A DNA stretch of 64,000 nt, from contig CAWDPO010000046.1 in assembly GCA_963804165.1 (NCBI GenBank), positions 96,001 through 160,000 of the forward strand. Direction: 5' to 3'. A model generated the notes under the pieces. It saw only the letters and a program-made list of their open reading frames with translations. It made no database searches and was not told the origin of the DNA. A program made the translations under genes and the position numbers. Shown here in pieces: positions 8,308-19,733 of the stretch. This DNA comes from an uncultured delta proteobacterium. Its GTDB lineage: Bacteria > Desulfobacterota > Binatia > UBA9968. Position 1 is the stretch's first letter. Every line of letters begins with the position of its first letter.

Positions 8308-9477
8308 GTGGTAATGCTTGGCACCGACATGAAAATCGCCGAGACCCCGAAAACGGGTCTTAAAGATTATGCAAAGGCCGATCCCTATGCCGATTGGCTC
8401 AAGGCGGAAGGCGTCAAAGTCCATGAAGAATTCTATTTCCCAAGCTTAGCGAAGGTCGAGCTCGGGCCGTGGGAACGCAAAGGTGGTTTCGGCGCAGTCG
8501 CTCATATCGATAACCGCCACATGCCTAATGACTGTCATGTCATTGAGATCAAACCGGGCGGCAAATCCGAGCCGGAGCATCACATGTACGAGCTCACGAT
8601 CTACGTCGTGTCCGGCCAGGGCGCGACGTCGATCTGGCAGGGCGGGAAAGACGAGAAGAACAAGAAAAGTTTCGAATGGAACGCCGGCAGCCTGTTTTCC
8701 ATTCCGCTCAATGCCTGGTACCAGAACTTCAACGGCAGCGGCAAAGAGCCCGCGCGCTACATCGCCGTGACCAATGCGCCGCCGATGATGCGCCTGTTTC
8801 GCGACAACAATTTTATTTTTAACAATGATCACATGTTCACGTCGCGCTACGCCGGCGAAGAGGACTATTTCAGCGGCAAGGGAAAACTCTTCAACCGGCG
8901 GATCTGGGAATCCAACTTCATCGCCAACGCGCCGGACATGCTGCTCTACGGATGGAAGGAACGCGGCGCCGGTGGCATCAACGCGATGTTAGAGATGGCC
9001 GACAACAACACCAAGAGCCATATCTCCGAGTTTCCCATCGGCACGTACAAAAAAGCGCACCGTCACGGTCCGGGCGCACACTTGGTTTTGCTCAGCGGCA
9101 CCGGCGGTTATTCGTTGATCTGGACCAAAGACGATCGCTCCGACATGATCAAATGCGATTGGGCGCTGGGCTCGATGGTCACGGTGCCCAGCGATAACTG
9201 TTATCACCAACACTTCAACTCGGGCACGACTCGGGCCCGTTACCTGGCGCTGCGTCCGGGCGACATGGGATTGTATAAGGGTCGCGGCGGCGGCGGCGAT
9301 TTCGCCGATCGAAGCATGAAAGAAGGCGGCTGGCAGATCGAATACGACGACGAAGACCGCGAAATCCACCAAATCTTCGAAAAAGAGCTAAAGGCCCACG
9401 GCGCGACGTGCAAGATGAAAGCGTTCGTGCCATGGTGCACCGGCGAAGTGGGACCGACGAGCGAGCGCGACACCTAG
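8308..9477 (+). CDS. Bicupin (double cupin) protein
   Basis: AGGAGGA RBS; cupin motifs EHHMYE...IPLNAWYQ and KKAHRHGPG...YHQHFN. Confidence 0.85.
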   Translation: MVMLGTDMKIAETPKTGLKDYAKADPYADWLKAEGVKVHEEFYFPSLAKVELGPWERKGGFGAVAHIDNRHMPNDCHVIEIKPGGKSEPEHHMYELTIYVVSGQGATSIWQGGKDEKNKKSFEWNAGSLFSIPLNAWYQNFNGSGKEPARYIAVTNAPPMMRLFRDNNFIFNNDHMFTSRYAGEEDYFSGKGKLFNRRIWESNFIANAPDMLLYGWKERGAGGINAMLEMADNNTKSHISEFPIGTYKKAHRHGPGAHLVLLSGTGGYSLIWTKDDRSDMIKCDWALGSMVTVPSDNCYHQHFNSGTTRARYLALRPGDMGLYKGRGGGGDFADRSMKEGGWQIEYDDEDREIHQIFEKELKAHGATCKMKAFVPWCTGEVGPTSERDT

Positions 9478-9552
9478 CCGGAAACGTTTACGGCGGGGCA
9501 TCGGATCATCAGCCGATGCCCCGCTTACTTTCTGAGTGTTCCCCGGCTGCGA

Positions 9553-9731
9553 CAGACTGTGTGAAAACACCGTTCATGGTTTCCTTCGACGGAGTTTATC
9601 CTGAGCGAAGCCGAAGGGCTGAGGACAAGCTGCTCACCACGAACGGTGTGGTCTGATTAGGAATAGAGTACTTATCCGTTCGCCCTGAGCAGCGCCGTCG
9701 AAGGGCTCCGAGGGAGTTTTTACACAGTCTG
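9553..9731. mobile_element. MITE with IS1182-like 16-bp TIRs and a 4-bp target duplication, containing REP-like hairpins
   Basis: CAGACTGTGTGAAAAC...GTTTTTACACAGTCTG (15/16 match); GCGA on both sides (9549-9552, 9732-9735). Confidence 0.85.
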
Positions 9732-9760
9732 GCGAGTAACAGGCGAGAATGGAGACCGTT

Positions 9761-10144
9761 TCAGATTCTGCTACTGCGCAATAACGGCAGTAAACGGCTG
9801 CGTAACCGGCCCTCTTCGAAGACGATAATGCTGCCCTGCTGGAGCAGGTCGGAGATCGTCGAGAGATTCGCCAAGAGCAAGTCGGCTTGTGCTTCAGGAC
9901 GTTGCGCCGACTCTCGGCCAAATAAAATCACCGAAGGTTTTGCCGCTTGCCGCATGGCCAATATCGTGCCGAAGTCAGTGCCGGCCGATACGAGCACGCG
10001 AACTTCTTCCGCGGCGCGATCAAAAATAACTTCATCGTCGGCTTTGTGAATGCCGTAGCGGCGCACTTGCACGCAGTCGTGTCCGGCCATACGCAGAGTC
10101 TCTGCGAACACCGGCGACAACGAGTTGTCGATGAGGAAGTTCAC
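9761..10144 (-). CDS. DUF5615 PIN-like toxin (VapC45-like)
   Basis: FLIDNSL, ADDEVIF, TDFG, PSVILF; overlaps the DUF433 stop codon. Confidence 0.85.
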   Translation of the reverse strand: MNFLIDNSLSPVFAETLRMAGHDCVQVRRYGIHKADDEVIFDRAAEEVRVLVSAGTDFGTILAMRQAAKPSVILFGRESAQRPEAQADLLLANLSTISDLLQQGSIIVFEEGRLRSRLLPLLRSSRI

Positions 10145-10371
10145 CGAGGGCCAACCAAGGGAAGCTCTCGTTCGCGCACGGCTTGGGCGGCAAAGCGAAG
10201 AGCTTCGCGGATATCCTCCGCTTCGAGATCAGGATAGGAGTCAAGAATCTCCTTCGCCTCCATGCCGTCGGCGATCATGCCGACCACCGTGGCAACCGGT
10301 ATACGCAAACTTCTGATACAAGCCACTCCATCCATCTGTCTTGGACTCACCGTGATTCGTTCGAATTTCAT
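10141..10371 (-). CDS. DUF433 antitoxin (VapB45-like)
   Basis: RITVSP..MDGVACIRSLRIPV...YPDLEAEDIREAL. Confidence 0.9.
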   Translation of the reverse strand: MKFERITVSPRQMDGVACIRSLRIPVATVVGMIADGMEAKEILDSYPDLEAEDIREALRFAAQAVRERELPLVGPR

Positions 10372-10410
10372 CACCCTCCTCCGGAGCAAGCAGACACTGT
10401 CCGTGCAGTA

Positions 10411-11538
10411 TTATCCCGAATCTTTTCCCGCACTACAATAACGTGACCACGCGAGTTTCATTTCGGGCGCGGTGTCACGCAGCGCAGCGTCCGGTTGTTT
10501 GAGCTTGCCGCGGCGCAGCAGACGCACAGCGCTTACCAGGCTGCGCGCCGCGTTGCGCACTTCTTCTTGAAAGTCTCGGTCACGATCCAAATCGTCGTGA
10601 CTGCTGGCGTACGGCTTGTAGTAACCGACGTAACCGTCGACCAGCGCAGCGGACCCCGCAGCGATGAGTTCCATGTCCGTCAACCAATCCGTGAGAATCC
10701 GTCTGAGCGTTTCCGCGCCGGCGGCGTCGCCATGGACGACGACCGAGAAAACGCGCCCAGCGAGATGGCGCGGATAGTGCCATCCCTTGAGCTCCAATGA
10801 TTTTGCGCGTTGAGGATTTTTACCTCCGGTCAGAGTCGGGTCAGGATTTCCGCCGTCGGCACAGACCAATCTGTCGATCATGAGTTTGAGCGAGCTGGGC
10901 GCCTGATACCAGTTGACTGGACACAAGATCATCACGCCATGAGCCGCCGCCCAGCGCGGATAGATTTCCGCCATCCAGTCGTTCACTTGTCCCATGGCGT
11001 GATTGGGATAACAGGAGCAGGGCCAATGGCATAACGGCATGGCGGTGGACACACATGCTTTGCAGGGATAGATAATGCGGCCGTATTCTGACGCAAGCCT
11101 GCTGAGGTCCAGCAGATCGACTTCGAAGCCTTTCGCGCCGACGATAACTTTTTCGGCCATTTTGGTGAGACGAAAGGTCTTCGACATTTCACCGGGACAA
11201 GTCTGATCGCTGCGGCTGGAACCATTGATCAGCAGAACGCGCGAATTTGACCGAGGATTTTTCTGGCGTTTTTCCGCCTGCTCGATGGCTTTGCGGGTCT
11301 CCAGCCACTCGACCGGAAGGGGAAACTCAGGGTCGCTGAAGCGCGGCCCGGCTTGCTGTGTCCGCGGACTCTTGTGATATTCAGTATAGTTTTTCCATGC
11401 CAGCCCGATGATTTTTTCTATTTCCGGAAGGACCGCGGTGAAAGTTGGATCGTAAAAGCGCTCGCGGGCACGCCTGAAGAATTCTTCCTTGGCGAGTTGA
11501 ACACTCGGCGTACCTGTACGCACCTTGGGTTGACGCAT
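10411..11538 (-). CDS. Flavodoxin-like NAD(P)H-dependent FMN reductase family with a Cys-rich insert
   Basis: LINGSSR, PCKACVSTAMPLCHWPCSC, PVNWYQAPSSLKLMIDRL. Confidence 0.85.
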   Translation of the reverse strand: MRQPKVRTGTPSVQLAKEEFFRRARERFYDPTFTAVLPEIEKIIGLAWKNYTEYHKSPRTQQAGPRFSDPEFPLPVEWLETRKAIEQAEKRQKNPRSNSRVLLINGSSRSDQTCPGEMSKTFRLTKMAEKVIVGAKGFEVDLLDLSRLASEYGRIIYPCKACVSTAMPLCHWPCSCYPNHAMGQVNDWMAEIYPRWAAAHGVMILCPVNWYQAPSSLKLMIDRLVCADGGNPDPTLTGGKNPQRAKSLELKGWHYPRHLAGRVFSVVVHGDAAGAETLRRILTDWLTDMELIAAGSAALVDGYVGYYKPYASSHDDLDRDRDFQEEVRNAARSLVSAVRLLRRGKLKQPDAALRDTAPEMKLAWSRYCSAGKDSG

Positions 11539-11643
11539 AATTCCTCCTTGCGAACTTTGCGCACGTCGCGGATCTAGTTAGAGGGATGTCGGGTGATCGC
11601 TTTCAATGACACATGATCGGAACAATGCGGGTGAGGCCGCGCA

Positions 11644-13248
11644 CTAGACGGTTTCGTTTGATTGGCTGCGTGTAACGGGAGTATCACTCGCCTGGTTCTC
11701 GGCAGATTGGTTTCCCAAAGGGAGATAGATTTCAAACGTTGTTCCCTTGGCCGGCGTGCTCTGGAAAGCGATTCTTCCGCCGTGATTTTTAATGATCCGT
11801 TCGCAAATCGGCAGCCCCAGGCCCAAGCCTTTGGTCTTCTTCGCCGTAAAAAATGGCAGAAAAATCTTCGATAGATTTTCTTCTTCGATGCCAAATCCGG
11901 TGTCGGTCACGGTGACGACCAGCAACGGCGCGTCGCCGTTGGTCGTCGACAGCTTCGCTCCCAAGATCAACTTGCCGCCGTGGGGCATGGCGTCGATGGC
12001 ATTTAAATAAATATTGATCAACACCTGCTCGAGCTGCTTCGAATCGGCGTCGATCATCGGCAGTTGTTTGTCCATGTCGAAGCACAGCTCGATTTTTTGT
12101 TGGTAGAGACGGTTGCCCACCAGGTTGGCGGTCTTCTCGATGATTTGTTGTATCTCCGTCGGGTGAAGTTCGGCCGCGCTTGGACGGGAGAATTGCAGGA
12201 GTTCCTGGATGATCTTTTGGCAACGCTTGGTCTCGTCATCGATGATTTTCAGATAGCGATATTGCGGGCTGTTGGCATCGGTCTCGCTCAAAAGATCCTG
12301 GGCGAAGCCCATGACGATTCCCAACGGGTTGTTGAATTCGTGCGCCATGGATGCGGTGATCTCGCCGAGGGAAACCAGCCGGCCCGAGGCGATCAGTTGC
12401 TGCTCCAACTCCTCGGCCTGCCGGCGTAGCTTTTGTTCGCTCTCGCGCAGCGCCTCGTCGACCCGTCGTCTTTCGGTCAAGTCGCGGGTCACGACGGAAA
12501 AACCGACGACGTTCAGACGCTCGTCGAGCAGCGCCGATACGACGGTGTCGGCCCAGAAACGGCCGCCATCTTTGCGCACACGCCAGCCCTCTTGCTCGCA
12601 GCGGCCCGTTGCCGCGGCTTCGCTCAGCGCTTGTCCCGGCAGACCCAACGCTTGATCTTCGACCGTGTAAAAGCGGCTAAACAGCTCGCCGGTGATCTCT
12701 TCTTCCCTGAAGCCTTCGATCTTTTCGGCTCCGGTGTTCCACGACGTGACTCGGCCGTCGGGATCGAGCATGAAAATGGCGTAGTCTTGCATGCTTTCAA
12801 CCAGCAGGCGGAAGCGCTCCTCACTTTGCTGCAGCGCTTTTTGTTTCAGTCGCTCGTTCATATGAAACAGATCGACGAATACGGCGACCTTGGATTTCAG
12901 CACTTCAGGGACGACGGGCTTGAACAAATAGTCGACCGCGCCGCTTGCCACGCCGCGATACACGTCGGCTTCCAGGGTATCGATCGCCGAGAGGAAAATG
13001 ATCGGAATATGGCGCAGGCGCTCGCTCTGGCGGATCAGCTCCGCGGTTTCGAAGCCGTCCATGTCCGGCATGCGCACGTCGAGCAATATTAGGGCGAATT
13101 CCTGGCGCAGCAGGCGGCGTAGCGCTTCCCTGCCCGAGCCGACGGCGACGATCGTCCGCCCCGGCCCGGACAGCAACGCTTCCATGGCCAACAGCGATCT
13201 TTGGTCGTCGTCGACGATGAGGATGTCAGCTGTCGGTTCTGAGTTCAT
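11644..13248 (-). CDS. REC-PAS-histidine kinase
   Basis: ILIVDDD / LLDVRMP receiver, SWNTGAE PAS, AHEFNNPL H-box, GLGLGL G2 box; true start likely ATG 13248. Confidence 0.92.
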   Translation of the reverse strand: MNSEPTADILIVDDDQRSLLAMEALLSGPGRTIVAVGSGREALRRLLRQEFALILLDVRMPDMDGFETAELIRQSERLRHIPIIFLSAIDTLEADVYRGVASGAVDYLFKPVVPEVLKSKVAVFVDLFHMNERLKQKALQQSEERFRLLVESMQDYAIFMLDPDGRVTSWNTGAEKIEGFREEEITGELFSRFYTVEDQALGLPGQALSEAAATGRCEQEGWRVRKDGGRFWADTVVSALLDERLNVVGFSVVTRDLTERRRVDEALRESEQKLRRQAEELEQQLIASGRLVSLGEITASMAHEFNNPLGIVMGFAQDLLSETDANSPQYRYLKIIDDETKRCQKIIQELLQFSRPSAAELHPTEIQQIIEKTANLVGNRLYQQKIELCFDMDKQLPMIDADSKQLEQVLINIYLNAIDAMPHGGKLILGAKLSTTNGDAPLLVVTVTDTGFGIEEENLSKIFLPFFTAKKTKGLGLGLPICERIIKNHGGRIAFQSTPAKGTTFEIYLPLGNQSAENQASDTPVTRSQSNETV

Positions 13249-16200
13249 AATTGACTCGAGCGATCCGCTGCTTGCCGAAAAGCCAAATACGCAGGAGCGC
13301 GAGCAGCTCCTCCGTATCGACGGGTTTGGCGATGTAATCGGACGCGCCGGCATCGAGACACTTCTCACGATCGCCCTTCATCGCTTTGGCGGTCAGGGCC
13401 AGAATCGGCAAAAGCCGATGTTTAGAGTTAAGGCGTATCCTGCGCATGGTCTCGTAGCCGTCCATCTCGGGCATCATGATATCCATCAAGACGGCGTCAA
13501 TTTCCCGATCTTCATCGAGGAGCGAGATGGCTTCTGTGCCGTTCTCCGCATTGACGACATGAACGCCATGCTGCTCGAGCAGGCTGGTCAAGGCGAAAAT
13601 ATTACGCACATCGTCGTCCACGACAAGCACTTTCCGGCCGATAAGCGCCTCATCGGATTGACGCAGCCGTTCCAGCATCTGGCGCTTGCCGCTGGGCAGA
13701 TCGGAGGCAAACAGATGGAGGAACAACGACACTTCGTCGAGTAACCGCTCGGGCGATTGCACGTCTTTGAGGACCACGCTCTCGGCCATCCTCGCCAGGC
13801 GCTGGCCATCGTCCTCGGTCAGGTCTTTGCCCGTGCAGACCACGATCGGCAGTTCGCGCAGCTCGGGATTCTGCCGAATGTTCTCCATGAGATCGAAGCC
13901 AGAGATGTCGGGTAGCCGGAGGTCCAATATCAAGCAATCGAAGTTTTTATCGCGCAATTGGTCTAAAGCTTCCGCGCCCGTTGCGGCGGTGAAGATCTCC
14001 ACGTCGTCATGATTCAGCAGCTCGACAATGCTCTGTCTCTCGATCTCGTTATCTTCAACCACCAACAAGCGGCGTTGGCGTGATTGGGCGTACTGCATCA
14101 CCCGATCGAAAGCCTTTTTCAGGTCATCGGTGGTCGCCGGCTTAATGAGGTAGGAAAACGCTCCGTGGCCGAGACCCTGCAGACGTTCTTCCTCGACGCT
14201 GATGATCTGCACGGGAATGTGGCGCGTTGATGGATCTTGCTTGAGTTGATTCAAAACCGTCCAGCCCAGCATGTCCGGCAGGAATATGTCGAGCATGATG
14301 GCAAGCGGCCGGAACTGATGCGCGAGAGATCGCACGTGCGAACCGTGCGTCGAGACCACGCCCTTCAAGCCCTTCTCGCGCACCATGCCGAGCAAGACAT
14401 TGGCGAAATGCGGATCGTCTTCGACGATGAGCACTACAGCGTCGTCCGACGAAACCATTTCGCGGTCGTCCGGAATCTGCTCCGGCTTGGAGGCCTGTTG
14501 CACGATCAGCGGCGCCGGGTGCATCGCGGCACGAGTTTCTGAGGGCACCGTCACGTGCGGGCCAAGGTAGTTCTCGGGCAAATAAAAAGTAAATACGCTG
14601 CCTCGACCGGGGGCGCTGTTCAAGCGGATTTCGCCGCCGAGCAAAGCCGCCAGCTCGCGGCTGATCGCCAGTCCTAAACCGGTGCCGCCGTAGCGCCGGC
14701 TCGTGCCCGCGTCCGCTTGGTGGAATGCTTCGAAAATGATCTTCTGCTTATCCGGCGAAATACCGATACCGGTGTCTCGCACCTCGAAAGCGATCACTCT
14801 TGCGGCGTTATTCAAAGCTACGTGATCGGTGGTCCAGCCACTGGTCGCCACGTTCATGCCGAAGGTGACGCGTCCCTGGGAGGTAAACTTAAAGGCGTTG
14901 GAGAGCAAATTCTTGAGCACCTGCTGGAGGCGCTTGACGTCGGTACTCAAACTGCGTGACAGCTCTGGGTCCATCTCGATTTCGAAGGCCAAATGCTTGC
15001 TTTCGGCGATGTGGCGGAAGCTGCGCTCGACGGCGTCGCGCACGCTTGTGAACAACACCTCTTCGGGTTCCACGGTGACGGTGCCCGACTCGATCTTCGA
15101 GAGGTCGAGAATATCGCTGATGAGGTTCAACAGGTCTGCGCCGGCAGCATGAACGTTGCGCGAAAACTCGACCTGTTTCGGTGTTAAGTTTCCTTCGGCA
15201 TTCTCCGCGAGCTGCTGGGCCAGGATCAGAATGCTGTTCAGCGGCGTGCGCAGCTCGTGCGACATATTGGCGAGAAATTCAGATTTGTACTTGGAGGTGA
15301 GCGCCAACTCGGCGGCTTTTTCTTCCAGGGCGTAGCGCGCCTGCTCGATTTCCTGATTTTTGCGCTCAACCTCTGCGTTCTGTTCGGCGAGCTGTTGGGC
15401 TTTGTGGCCGAGCTCGTCGTTGGTTTGCTGCAATTCTCTCTGCTGCGCCTGAAGCTCGCTGGCGAGTTTCTGCGACTGTTGCAGTAAGCCTTCGGTGCGC
15501 ATGGTGGCTTCGATCGTGTTGAGCACGATGCCGATGCTCTCGGTCAATTGTGACAGGAACGTGAGATGGGTCGAAGTGAACTGCGACAGCGTCGCGAGCT
15601 CGATGACGGCTTTTGTCTCGCCCTCGAACAACACCGGCAAGACGATCAGGTTGCGCGGTTGCGCGTCGCCCAGGCTCGATGTGATGCGCACATATTCGTT
15701 CGGAATGTCGGAAAGAAGGATTGGCCGCTTCTCAACAGCGCACTGGCCGACAAGCCCGTCTCCGAGCGCCAGCCGGGAACGTTCCTCCTGGGTCATGGCG
15801 CGCGCGTAGCTCGCGAGCATGGCGAGATGAGGCTGGCCGTTGCTCGAATCCATTTGATACATCGCGCCGCATTGCGCGTTGACGAGCGGCGCCAACTCGG
15901 AGAGCAGCATCTGACCGACCGTGGTCAGTTCGCGTTGGCCTTGCAGCATGTTCGTGAACTTCGCGAGGTTGGTTTTGAGCCAATCCTGCTCGGTGTTCTG
16001 ATCGGTGGTGGCGCGCAGGTTTTGAATCATCGCGTTGATGTTATCTTTGAGCTCGACAACCTCGCCGCGCGCATCGACTTGAATTTCCCGGGTGAGATCG
16101 CCCTTGGTCACGGCGGTGGCGACGTCGGCAATGGCGCGGACTTGGGTGGTGAGATTGGCGGCAAGCAGGTTCACGTTGTCGGTCAAATCTTTCCAGATGC

Positions 16201-19200
16201 CCGCGGCGCCGGGGACGTTGGCTTGACCCCCCAAGCGGCCTTCGACGCCGACTTCGCGCGCGACCGTGGTGACCTGTTCGGCGAAAATCGCCAGCGTGCC
16301 GGTCATGCCGTTGATCGTTTCGGCCAGGGCTGCGACTTCACCCTTTGCTTCGACGGTCAGTTTCTCCTTGAAGCTGCCGTTGGCGACGGCGGTGACGACT
16401 TTGACGATACCCCGCACTTGAGCGGTCAGATTAGCGGCCATGACATTGGCGTTGTCCGTTAAGTCTTTCCAGGTGCCGGCGACGCCCGGGACGACGGCCT
16501 GGCCGCCGAGCTTGCCTTCGGTGCCGACTTCCCGGGCGACGCGGGTGACTTCGGCGGCGAAGGCATTCAACTGATCGACCATGGTGTTCATCGCTTCTTT
16601 GAGTTGAAGAATTTCGCCGCGCACGTCGACGGTGATCTTTTTCGACAGGTCGCCGTTGGCCACCGCGATGGTGACGTCGGCGATGTTACGCACCTGAGCG
16701 GTCAGGTTACCGGCCATCAGGTTGACGTTGTCGGTTAAGTCTTTCCAAGTACCGGCGACACCCGGCACGACGGCCTGGCCGCCGAGCTTGCCTTCGGTGC
16801 CGACTTCGCGGGCGACGCGTGTAACTTCGGCGGCGAAGGCGTTCAACTGATCGACCATCGTGTTAATCGTATCTTTGAGCTGGAGAATCTCGCCCTTGAC
16901 GTCGACGGCGATTTTTTTCGATAAGTCGCCGTTGGCGACAGCGATGGTGACGTCGGCGATGTTACGCACCTGAGCGGTCAAGTTCCCGGCCATGGCATTG
17001 ACGCTATCGGTCAAGTCTTTCCACGTTCCTGCGACGCCTGGCACGACGGCCTGGCCACCGAGCTTGCCGTCGGTGCCGACTTCGCGGGCGACGCGGGTGA
17101 CTTCGGCGGCGAAGGCGTTCAACTGATCAACCATGGTATTAATCGTGTCTTTGAGCTGAAGAATTTCGCCCTTTACGTCGACGGTAATTTTCTTCGACAG
17201 GTCGCCGTTGGCGACGGCGATGGTGACATCCGCGATGTTACGGACCTGAGCGGTCAGATTGCCGGCCATCATGTTGACGCTCTCGGTCAAATCCTTCCAG
17301 ACGCCGCTGACGTCGCGGACTTGCGCCTGGCCGCCGAGCTTGCCTTCGGTACCGACCTCGCGGGCCACGCGGGTGACTTCGGCGGCGAAGGCGTTCAACT
17401 GATCAACCATGGTATTCATCGCTTCTTTGAGTTGAAGAATTTCACCGCGCACGTCGACGGTAATTTTTTTCGACAGGTCGCCGTTGGCGACGGCGATGGT
17501 GACATCCGCGATGTTACGGACCTGAGCGGTCAGATTGCCGGCCATCATGTTGACGCTCTCGGTCAAATCCTTCCAGACGCCGCTGACGTCACGCACCTGC
17601 GCCTGGCCGCCGAGCTTGCCTTCGGTACCGACCTCGCGAGCCACGCGGGTAACTTCGGCGGCGAAGGCGTTCAACTGATCGACCATGGTATTGATCGCTT
17701 CTTTGAGCTGAAGGATTTCGCCCTTGACGTCGACGGTAATTTTCTTCGACAAGTCGCCGTTGGCGACCGCGATGGTGACCTCGGCAATGTTACGCACCTG
17801 CGCAGTCAAGTTACCGGCCATGATGTTGACGCTCTCGGTCAAGTCTTTCCAGACGCCGCTGACGTCGCGGACCTGCGCCTGGCCACCGAGCTTGCCTTCG
17901 GTGCCGACTTCGCGAGCGACGCGGGTGACTTCGGCGGCAAAACTGCGGAGCTGATCGACCATCGTATTGATCGCTTCTTTGAGCTGGAGAATTTCACCGC
18001 GCACGTCGACGGTGATTTTCTTGGAAAGATCGCCGTTGGCAACCGCGATGGTGACGTCCGCGATGCTGCGCACCTGGGCGGTCAAGTTGCCGGCCATGAA
18101 ATTGACGTTGTCCGTCAAATCTTTCCAGGTACCAGCGACGCCAGGGACGACGGCCTGGCCGCCGAGCTTGCCGTCGGTGCCGACCTCGCGCGCCACGCGG
18201 GTGACTTCCGCGGCAAAGCTGCGGAGCTGATCGACCATCGTATTGATTGTGTCTTTGAGCTGGAGAATTTCGCCTTTGGCGTCGACGGCGATTTTCTTCG
18301 ACAAATCGCCGCTTGCCACGGCGACGGTGACGTCGGCGATGTTACGGACTTGGGCGGTCAAGTTACCGGCCATGGCGTTAACGCTATCGGTCAAGTCTTT
18401 CCAGGTACCGGCGACGCCGGGGACCACGGCCTGACCGCCGAGCTTGCCGTCGGTGCCGACCTCGCGCGCGACGCGAGTGACCTCCGCGGCAAAGCTGCGG
18501 AGCTGATCGACCATCGTATTGATCGCTTCTTTGAGCTGGAGAATTTCACCGCGCACGTCGACGGTGATTTTTTTCGACAAGTCGCCGTTGGCCACGGCGA
18601 TGGTGACGTCAGCGATGCTGCGTACTTGAGCCGTGAGGTTGCCAGCCATCATGTTAACGTTGTCTGTCAAATCTTTCCAAGTGCCGGCGACGCCGGGGAC
18701 GACGGCCTGGCCGCCGAGCTTCCCTTCAGTGCCGACCTCGCGCGCCACGCGGGTGACTTCTCCGGCGAAGGCGTCGAGCTGCTTCACCATGCCGTTAACC
18801 ATTTTCGCCGTGCTCAAGAACTCACCGCGCAGCGGCTGGCCTTCGGCTTCCAAAGCGACAGTCTCGGTGAGATTACCCTTGGCGACCGCGCCGATGACGC
18901 GGGCCATTTCCGCCGTTGGGCGGACTAGGTTTTCGATCAGTTCATTGAGCGCATCGACCCGACTCTTCCAAGATCCCTTGCCCGACGAAGGCGCGACTCG
19001 CTGGGATAATTTTCCATCGCGCCCGACGACACGACTGACGCGCTCGATCTCTTTGGTGTTTTCCGACATCATTTCGATGATATCGTTGAACGTGTCGGCG
19101 ATCTTGCCGTCGATGCCAGCCCAGCTCGTCGGCAACCGAACCGTGAAATCTCCCTTTCTTACGGAGGCGAGTGTTTGCAGGAGCTGTTTGGTGTCGAGCC

Positions 19201-19237
19201 TGTCTTCGTCGACGCTGCGAGCCACGTGCTTTGCCAT
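13226..19237 (-). CDS. Poly-HAMP hybrid histidine kinase (HAMP array-GAF-HisKA-HATPase-3xREC), Nik1/OsaA-like
   Basis: About 11 tandem 92-aa units [17 protein letters not shown]...WKDLT; [14 protein letters not shown]; three receiver domains. Confidence 0.95.
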   Translation of the reverse strand: MAKHVARSVDEDRLDTKQLLQTLASVRKGDFTVRLPTSWAGIDGKIADTFNDIIEMMSENTKEIERVSRVVGRDGKLSQRVAPSSGKGSWKSRVDALNELIENLVRPTAEMARVIGAVAKGNLTETVALEAEGQPLRGEFLSTAKMVNGMVKQLDAFAGEVTRVAREVGTEGKLGGQAVVPGVAGTWKDLTDNVNMMAGNLTAQVRSIADVTIAVANGDLSKKITVDVRGEILQLKEAINTMVDQLRSFAAEVTRVAREVGTDGKLGGQAVVPGVAGTWKDLTDSVNAMAGNLTAQVRNIADVTVAVASGDLSKKIAVDAKGEILQLKDTINTMVDQLRSFAAEVTRVAREVGTDGKLGGQAVVPGVAGTWKDLTDNVNFMAGNLTAQVRSIADVTIAVANGDLSKKITVDVRGEILQLKEAINTMVDQLRSFAAEVTRVAREVGTEGKLGGQAQVRDVSGVWKDLTESVNIMAGNLTAQVRNIAEVTIAVANGDLSKKITVDVKGEILQLKEAINTMVDQLNAFAAEVTRVAREVGTEGKLGGQAQVRDVSGVWKDLTESVNMMAGNLTAQVRNIADVTIAVANGDLSKKITVDVRGEILQLKEAMNTMVDQLNAFAAEVTRVAREVGTEGKLGGQAQVRDVSGVWKDLTESVNMMAGNLTAQVRNIADVTIAVANGDLSKKITVDVKGEILQLKDTINTMVDQLNAFAAEVTRVAREVGTDGKLGGQAVVPGVAGTWKDLTDSVNAMAGNLTAQVRNIADVTIAVANGDLSKKIAVDVKGEILQLKDTINTMVDQLNAFAAEVTRVAREVGTEGKLGGQAVVPGVAGTWKDLTDNVNLMAGNLTAQVRNIADVTIAVANGDLSKKITVDVRGEILQLKEAMNTMVDQLNAFAAEVTRVAREVGTEGKLGGQAVVPGVAGTWKDLTDNANVMAANLTAQVRGIVKVVTAVANGSFKEKLTVEAKGEVAALAETINGMTGTLAIFAEQVTTVAREVGVEGRLGGQANVPGAAGIWKDLTDNVNLLAANLTTQVRAIADVATAVTKGDLTREIQVDARGEVVELKDNINAMIQNLRATTDQNTEQDWLKTNLAKFTNMLQGQRELTTVGQMLLSELAPLVNAQCGAMYQMDSSNGQPHLAMLASYARAMTQEERSRLALGDGLVGQCAVEKRPILLSDIPNEYVRITSSLGDAQPRNLIVLPVLFEGETKAVIELATLSQFTSTHLTFLSQLTESIGIVLNTIEATMRTEGLLQQSQKLASELQAQQRELQQTNDELGHKAQQLAEQNAEVERKNQEIEQARYALEEKAAELALTSKYKSEFLANMSHELRTPLNSILILAQQLAENAEGNLTPKQVEFSRNVHAAGADLLNLISDILDLSKIESGTVTVEPEEVLFTSVRDAVERSFRHIAESKHLAFEIEMDPELSRSLSTDVKRLQQVLKNLLSNAFKFTSQGRVTFGMNVATSGWTTDHVALNNAARVIAFEVRDTGIGISPDKQKIIFEAFHQADAGTSRRYGGTGLGLAISRELAALLGGEIRLNSAPGRGSVFTFYLPENYLGPHVTVPSETRAAMHPAPLIVQQASKPEQIPDDREMVSSDDAVVLIVEDDPHFANVLLGMVREKGLKGVVSTHGSHVRSLAHQFRPLAIMLDIFLPDMLGWTVLNQLKQDPSTRHIPVQIISVEEERLQGLGHGAFSYLIKPATTDDLKKAFDRVMQYAQSRQRRLLVVEDNEIERQSIVELLNHDDVEIFTAATGAEALDQLRDKNFDCLILDLRLPDISGFDLMENIRQNPELRELPIVVCTGKDLTEDDGQRLARMAESVVLKDVQSPERLLDEVSLFLHLFASDLPSGKRQMLERLRQSDEALIGRKVLVVDDDVRNIFALTSLLEQHGVHVVNAENGTEAISLLDEDREIDAVLMDIMMPEMDGYETMRRIRLNSKHRLLPILALTAKAMKGDREKCLDAGASDYIAKPVDTEELLALLRIWLFGKQRIARVNYELRTDS
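16020..18790 (-). repeat. Coding tandem repeat with a 276-bp period (HAMP units)
   Basis: Ten well-conserved 92-codon repeats; boundaries approximate. Confidence 0.9.
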
Positions 19238-19590
19238 CGGTTTCTCCTAATGATGAATAGCGTTATGGATAAAACTTGCTGAGCGCGGTTGGGGAATCGC
19301 CGGAGGATATTTTGCTTTTCTTTCGAGCGGGCTTCTGAAATCGATTGCCGGCATGGGTTGGATTGCAAAGCCTTGATGCAAGAATTCAATTTGCGAATCT
19401 GCGCGTGGCTGGCGTCGCAGGTAAGGACAGGTAAGCGGTTTCACCTGTCCGTTGTAGTACTCGATTTGGCATGTCGGCTCATGGCCTAACCCGTAGTGGC
19501 CTAGTATGTCAAGGGTGTAACACGTCGCCACGGTGGCTTATTGAGTTGTCGGGAATTGTCAGACAAATAGCGAAATCGGCCCCTATTGGC

Positions 19591-19605
19591 GCAAATTCCG
19601 AGCCA
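19591..19605 (-). promoter_or_regulatory. Possible sigma54 promoter for the kinase operon
   Basis: Minus strand TGGCTC-GGAAT-TTGC (GG-N10-GC), ~350 bp upstream of 19237. Confidence 0.4.
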
Positions 19606-19733
19606 TCAACGAATTTCGCGTGAATGCTTAAAATATAAATAGATACAAAGACATCCCCGAGATCATGGGCACCAGAATGTATGTGTTTATCGCAATGACT
19701 GTCGGATTTTTTCGCACAGTCTGCGTATCGGAA

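Noticed and set aside
10411-10480. C-terminal extension of the flavodoxin-like protein
   Set aside because: Removing one base gives ...PRPK-stop near 10458; likely an indel rather than a novel tail
16020-18790. Regular repeats as a possible CRISPR or non-coding array
   Set aside because: The 276-bp period is in frame, variation is mostly synonymous, there are no unique spacers and no cas genes
17321-18928. 535-aa plus-strand ORF (also 15566-16462 and many similar long antisense ORFs)
   Set aside because: Antisense shadows of well-supported genes, caused by GC-rich codon bias; no motifs or RBS
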